A stretch of 63,054 nucleotides of DNA, the filler included, from Octopus bimaculoides (taxonomy: Eukaryota), in NCBI RefSeq assembly GCF_001194135.2. It is 6 parts of 6 records of this genome, joined end to end, with 100 filler letters (N's around TTAATTAATTAA, not from the genome) between each part and the next. Parts side by side here need not be neighbours in the genome. Positions count along the whole stretch, not along the records: positions 32,370 to 63,054 come from NC_068981.1; 5 more parts are not named here. The stretch is one strand, 5' to 3'. The stretch's first letter is position 1. Each line of letters opens with the position of its first letter. Shown here one piece after another: positions 58,211 to 63,054 of the stretch. The translations under genes and the position numbers were made by a program. Below the pieces are notes generated by a model. It searched no databases and had not been told where the DNA came from. It saw nothing but the letters and a program-made list of their open reading frames with translations.

Positions 58211-61200
58211 TCACTTTGCAAAGTTTCAAGGATAAAAGAAGACAGTGCCTAATTCCGTTAGGAAAGGAACTTGCTGGAGTTAAGGCTAAACAAGAACATG
58301 ACAAACAGTTTCTAGTTCCGCTGACATTTCTCAACCAAACAAGAAAAGAAGACGATCTTCAACCTCATTTGAGATTCCTCAGCCAAAGGAAAAAGGAAGA
58401 TGTTTTTTGTGTGGCCCAGTTCAAATATGCTTTTGTTATTGTGGAATGTTACTGTGACGCAAGTATATTTGAACCGGAAATAACATTGCATATATGCGTG
58501 TATGCGTGTGTGTGTGTGTGTGTATGTGTGTGTGTGTGCGTGCGTGCGTGTGTGTGCGCGCGTGTGTGTATGTGTGTATATATATATACATATATATATA
58601 TATATGTTGTTGTTATAATAATAATTATTATTATTATTATTATTATAATGTTCGATCGCCCATGAAGGTTATATTGTGTTATCATGTAAGCAAATGAGCT
58701 ATCTTCGCCTGAATTAAGAGTACTTGTGGTCGAGTATTTCCGGGTCGTGTGACATAATTCTCTAGCAGTGTTGGCTTGATAGAGTATGTTACAAAACTGT
58801 ACGTCATTTGAAGTAAAGGTGCAATCTACCCGATCGGTTTCTATGCTGTTTCTGTTTCCCAGTTTCTAGCTATATACTGAACCAATGCTTTAGAAAATGA
58901 TAGATGTCCAAGATGCCTCGCAGTGGGAATGGTCCCGCAACCAATTGGCCGCATACAAGATTGTTTTGCAGTGTGACTATTCTCTGCCTAGACTCAGACA
59001 GACAGATACAAACACACACATACAAATACCCGCGCACTCACACATACATACACACACGTGCGCAATCATACAGTGCATAGGGGCATATAAGACTTTCAAA
59101 ACAAACCGAATACTGTTCAGACCATCTGTAAGATGTTTTGATTCGCTATTAACTGTATTGATCCCCACTGCCAATTATTTAAGGTGCCATATGTTGTATA
59201 TGAGCTACCAAATATAAATGTTTGCTTTCATTGTTGTTTCTCAGTGTCAATTGCAATGCAGTTCTTATTGTTATCTCGTAAATATCGGTGGAACTATCGT
59301 TAGAAAATCAGAATGTGATCGTAAGAGCTTATTTCTAGCAAATACTAGATTAAATTTATACAACTGGCATTAAAAGCAGTTTATGAACATTTGTTTGCAG
59401 ATTAAGATCTGATTGCTGTATTTCGAATAATCCTTTTCTTTAGCATCAGGATTATCAAGTAATCAGCAAATAAAGATGGCAGATATTGGAAATTAGTCCA
59501 CGAATATTTAATAAATAAGCTGAATATTTATTCGTTATTTAGACGTGATGTCTCAGCTCCTTCGGAAGTAAATGTTTAGCTGAGATGTTTCTACTGTTAC
59601 CGATTGCATTGCTGATATAAGTAAATTTCGTGATGTTTAATTTTTTCACATAATATCGTATACCTTGAAACCACAATGTTTAATGAGACGTCAATGGAAC
59701 ATCTGTCTTCCATCGTGATTTGTCCTCATAGAATTAGCATCTCAAACAACACAATGACGTCCAAATAATTCAAGGCCATGTTGGATAATATTCACTTAGA
59801 AGTCTGAAAGAAATAATGAATTCGTGGCTATAGTTCATATTTTGCATAATGCTAGTTTCAGCTAAATACAGCAGCAACAGACTCAGCTGCGATTTCAGCA
59901 GCAGTAAATGCAACAACATCAACAACAAGGGCACAATGTTAATAACGATTTTTGTTTTAGAGCAAATACCATAAAAATCCGATGGGAAGAACGAGATTTT
60001 GCGTCGTTTACGTCATGGCGTATTAAATAAGTAATGAACTCCATACAAACAGGAATCAATAAATTTCATAGACTATGATCACATGGATTTTACTTCTTGA
60101 TGCACAACATTTATCATACAAATCTACAATCCCAAATATTTGTAGTATACTTTATGTATTTTCATAACAATGTTGGTAAACATATAACTTCTCTATACAA
60201 GTGACAGTTTTATGGTCTATACATGTTCTTCGTTCGTACGTCTTGGGATAGTAATGATATTGATATGGCTGCTGTTCAATGGGACCATTATTAGATCGAT
60301 TCCTGCAAGGAAAGCTTGAAGGGGGCGGCAAAGGCATTTTCGAAAGAACGTGTAACTTAAGGAGTTTTCTTTAATGGCAAAGTGACTCGGCTTCGCTCTC
60401 GCTTTGTAGATGTATGCATGTAAGTATGCTTGCATGTGTCGGCTTTTACTTTCACACTGTTTGAAGAATAAGATGGTGTCTACATAAGCATGTTAACACG
60501 GGTTTTCAGAGTAGCTTGGGAGAAAAAGAGAAGACGTGGTAATGCAGCATTTAAGTTTATATATACTCTACAAACACGGTGCATAGCTGAACAGTCACTC
60601 TGTCAGATCCAGGTTTACAGATGTACCATTTTGGAGATTATTTTCACGATTCGTGTAGCATACCTGAGTTTAAAATTTTTTTTTATTAAAGATTTAATTC
60701 GAAAAAGAACATCGCGGACTGAGACAAATTGACTATGAAGGGCACGTAAGCTTCTCTGTTGGAGAAATGAAAAGTCAAAAACAAGTCTTCTTCACACTTT
60801 GAAGTGTCTAATAACATCTACAACTGAGAATCCGGCCAGTAGCCTGGGAAAGATTAGAAGCACTCAAGGAAATGTTTGATGTTGCGTCAACGTGCAGCAC
60901 CAGTTGAAGTGTATAATATGTTAGTATGAATGTATATATTACTTATACATAAATGTATATATTGTGCAAGTGTATTTATATAGATCTAAATACGAATAAT
61001 ACACATTTTGCTTGTATACATATATTCATTATTTAGTGAAATATCGATGGAAATAGTGAAAAAATAAACGTTTTAGAAAAGGAGTTCAATATATTAAAAC
61101 ATTCATCATTTCTATTGCTGGTTTAGAACAAATCTATGTTACCTGCGATTACAAACTAATGTGCTATTAATTGAGGATATTGAAAGCACGTTTACTGTTC

Positions 61201-61339
61201 ATCTTATTACAAATAGGAATAACGTCGCGTGACTAGATATTACTTTAAGAAAACCATCGAAATCTTGATTAAACCACATCTTCATCATCGTTGTCGCCGT
61301 CATCGTCATCATCATCTTCATGGACGCCATCGTCGTCGT

Positions 61340-62690
61340 TGTTATTATTTTTTAATATTCTTTCTCTTTATCACGTACGTTTCACCGCATTATGGAACAC
61401 AGATCTGTGTGCCTTGTGTATATGTTGTGGTTTGTTTTAGTGTTTTTTATTCTCAGGGAATTGAAAGTGCTTTACGTAGGATTGTACAGTGCTTAACAAT
61501 GCTATTTTCTGTATGTTACAAATATTCCTAAGCTCTGATGCTTTGATTATATATTTGTTTGTATGCTTTTTCATCATGCCTAATACACCTACTATCATAG
61601 AAATTGTTTCTGTTTTGGGGCGCCACATTCTGATCTGTATTTCCAGATCTTTCTATTTCTAGAGATTTTCTGTTTCTTTTAGAGATGCTTTGTCATCTGT
61701 TGGGATTGATATGCCTAACAATTGTATCTGGTCTATTAGCACCAATCTCTTTATCTGTGTGTATTGACATATCCCATAGTATCGTTACTTTGTCACTTTC
61801 TGAGACCTTATCAACCTATACCATTTCAATCTATACCATTTCCTTCCTGTTGTCTCTCCGTAGTGTTGTCATAGCTTTCTGTGTACATAGATCCCAACAC
61901 TCTCTTATGTCTGAGGATATCTTTTTTCTTAGCAAGGTGTGGGCAACCAGAGACAATATCATCTATTGTGTCTTCCCCATCACTAAATATTGTACAGCTG
62001 TATTCTTCTTCCTTATGTGACTTCGTCGGATTCTGATGAGGAAGCTTTGATATTTTACCGCAATTAAAATTCTTCAGTCTATGCTTTATGTCCTTAGTTT
62101 CTCAACCAGTGTTAGGAGTATATTTTGTCTATTTTCTGTTCCGCTTATCCCATGAAAGGGTGTTTCTTACAATCGTTTTATCAAGATATTCTGTAGTTCA
62201 AATTTAGCTTAGATCTTAGTTGCTTTACAGCTTTTGTTGTTCCTTCTTTTTCCTCATAGTTGTCAGGTGTTCGGACCTCTTTCTTGTATTTTTCGGCTTC
62301 CTTCAGGACACAAAACAGTTTTTCTTTTCGTGCAAGCTTTGTAGCTATTTGCACCAGTTTTCCTTGATTTTGTGTTAAATATTTATGCAATCCTATCGCG
62401 AATATTATATAGTAGTTTTCTAATTGTAGAAAGCACCTACCTCTTTCAACTTGCATTCAATATAACCTTTGTACGTAAGATTTTGGGTAGGGTATTCTGA
62501 ATTCTGTCATTAGTTTTCTTTCATTCCTGTTTAGTTTCGTTAATTCATTTATTGTCCAGTTAAGAATATTGTAACTTATACCTGTGATAGCTACAGTATT
62601 AATACCTATTATCTTGTTTTCCGCATTGAGATCTGTATTCAGTATCAAGCTAAGTTATCTATAGTATCCCTTCCTTTCTCCTCTTTCATT
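61340..62690 (-). mobile_element. R4/Dong-like (RLE) non-LTR retrotransposon, 3' portion
   Basis: LNAENKIIGINT.A...SYNILNWT..EL.KL.R..RKLMT...PKS.V.RLY...RG...LE; W..KPFHG; KYRDLEIQI.MW..KTETI.MIVGVLG..KK...IQKIALL. Confidence 0.85.
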
Positions 62691-62739
62691 TCTGCATTGA
62701 ATTGTTATCCGTTGCCTTTGTTGTTGCTGTTGTTGTTGA

Positions 62740-63054
62740 TATTATTATTGTTGTTATTATTATTATTCAGTAGTTTTATTTTTATAACGTGCTTTCACTT
62801 CACTACCGAGCGCAGCTCTGTGCGCCTTGGGTATGTGCTGTGGTTTGCTGTGGTGCTCTTATGTTTACTGTATTGAAAGTGTTTTGCGTAGGATGTGTGC
62901 AGTACCCAGTAGTGCAATTTTCTGTATGCTATATATATTTGTAAGTCCTGCTATTTTTGTTATGTATTTGTCTGAATATTTTTTTATTATACCTAAGGCA
63001 CCTACTATGATAGGAATTGTTTCTGTTTTTAGATTCCACATTCGAGTTATCTCT
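62740..63054 (-). mobile_element. Second R4/Dong-like 3' end with 3'UTR and (AAT)n tail
   Basis: EITRMWNLKTETIPIIVGALGIIKK.SDKYITKIAGLTNIYSIQKIALLGTAHILRKTLSIQ-stop. Better preserved than the copy at 61430-61680. Confidence 0.88.

Noticed and set aside
59395-59470. Cluster of TAATCC/GGATTA-like homeodomain sites suggesting an enhancer
   Set aside because: Such short motifs are expected by chance in AT-rich DNA, and no conservation data are available.

Overview
This is AT-rich eukaryotic genomic DNA, most likely from an octopus. That assignment is inferred from the very dense microsatellites and the abundant tRNA-derived SINE families. It is not prokaryotic, and it contains no CRISPR array or operon. 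The window comprises six assembly pieces joined by artificial 100-nt spacers (N44-TTAATTAATTAA-N44) and has many plain N gaps, so most ORFs in the supplied track are artefacts of N runs or microsatellites. The only host gene I can support is a set of three phase-0 coding exons (17512-17583, 20797-20886, 22495-22614, + strand) encoding TM2-TM4 of a CD20/MS4A-like tetraspan membrane protein, lying within a strongly CpG-depleted contig. The rest is decayed mobile DNA: a Helitron Rep remnant; RTE, CR1-like, R4-like and Tx1/L1 LINEs; several Penelope-like (PLE) GIY-YIG remnants; and Gypsy, maT-type Tc1/mariner, piggyBac, HINE, MITE and SINE copies. Two observations stand out. The first is a tRNA-headed SINE-like element carrying an intact PLE-type minimal hammerhead ribozyme, with a 98-bp inverted duplicate of the ribozyme at its 5' end (33082-33439). 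The second is an ungapped, transversion-rich palindrome with 137-bp arms (4197-4488).
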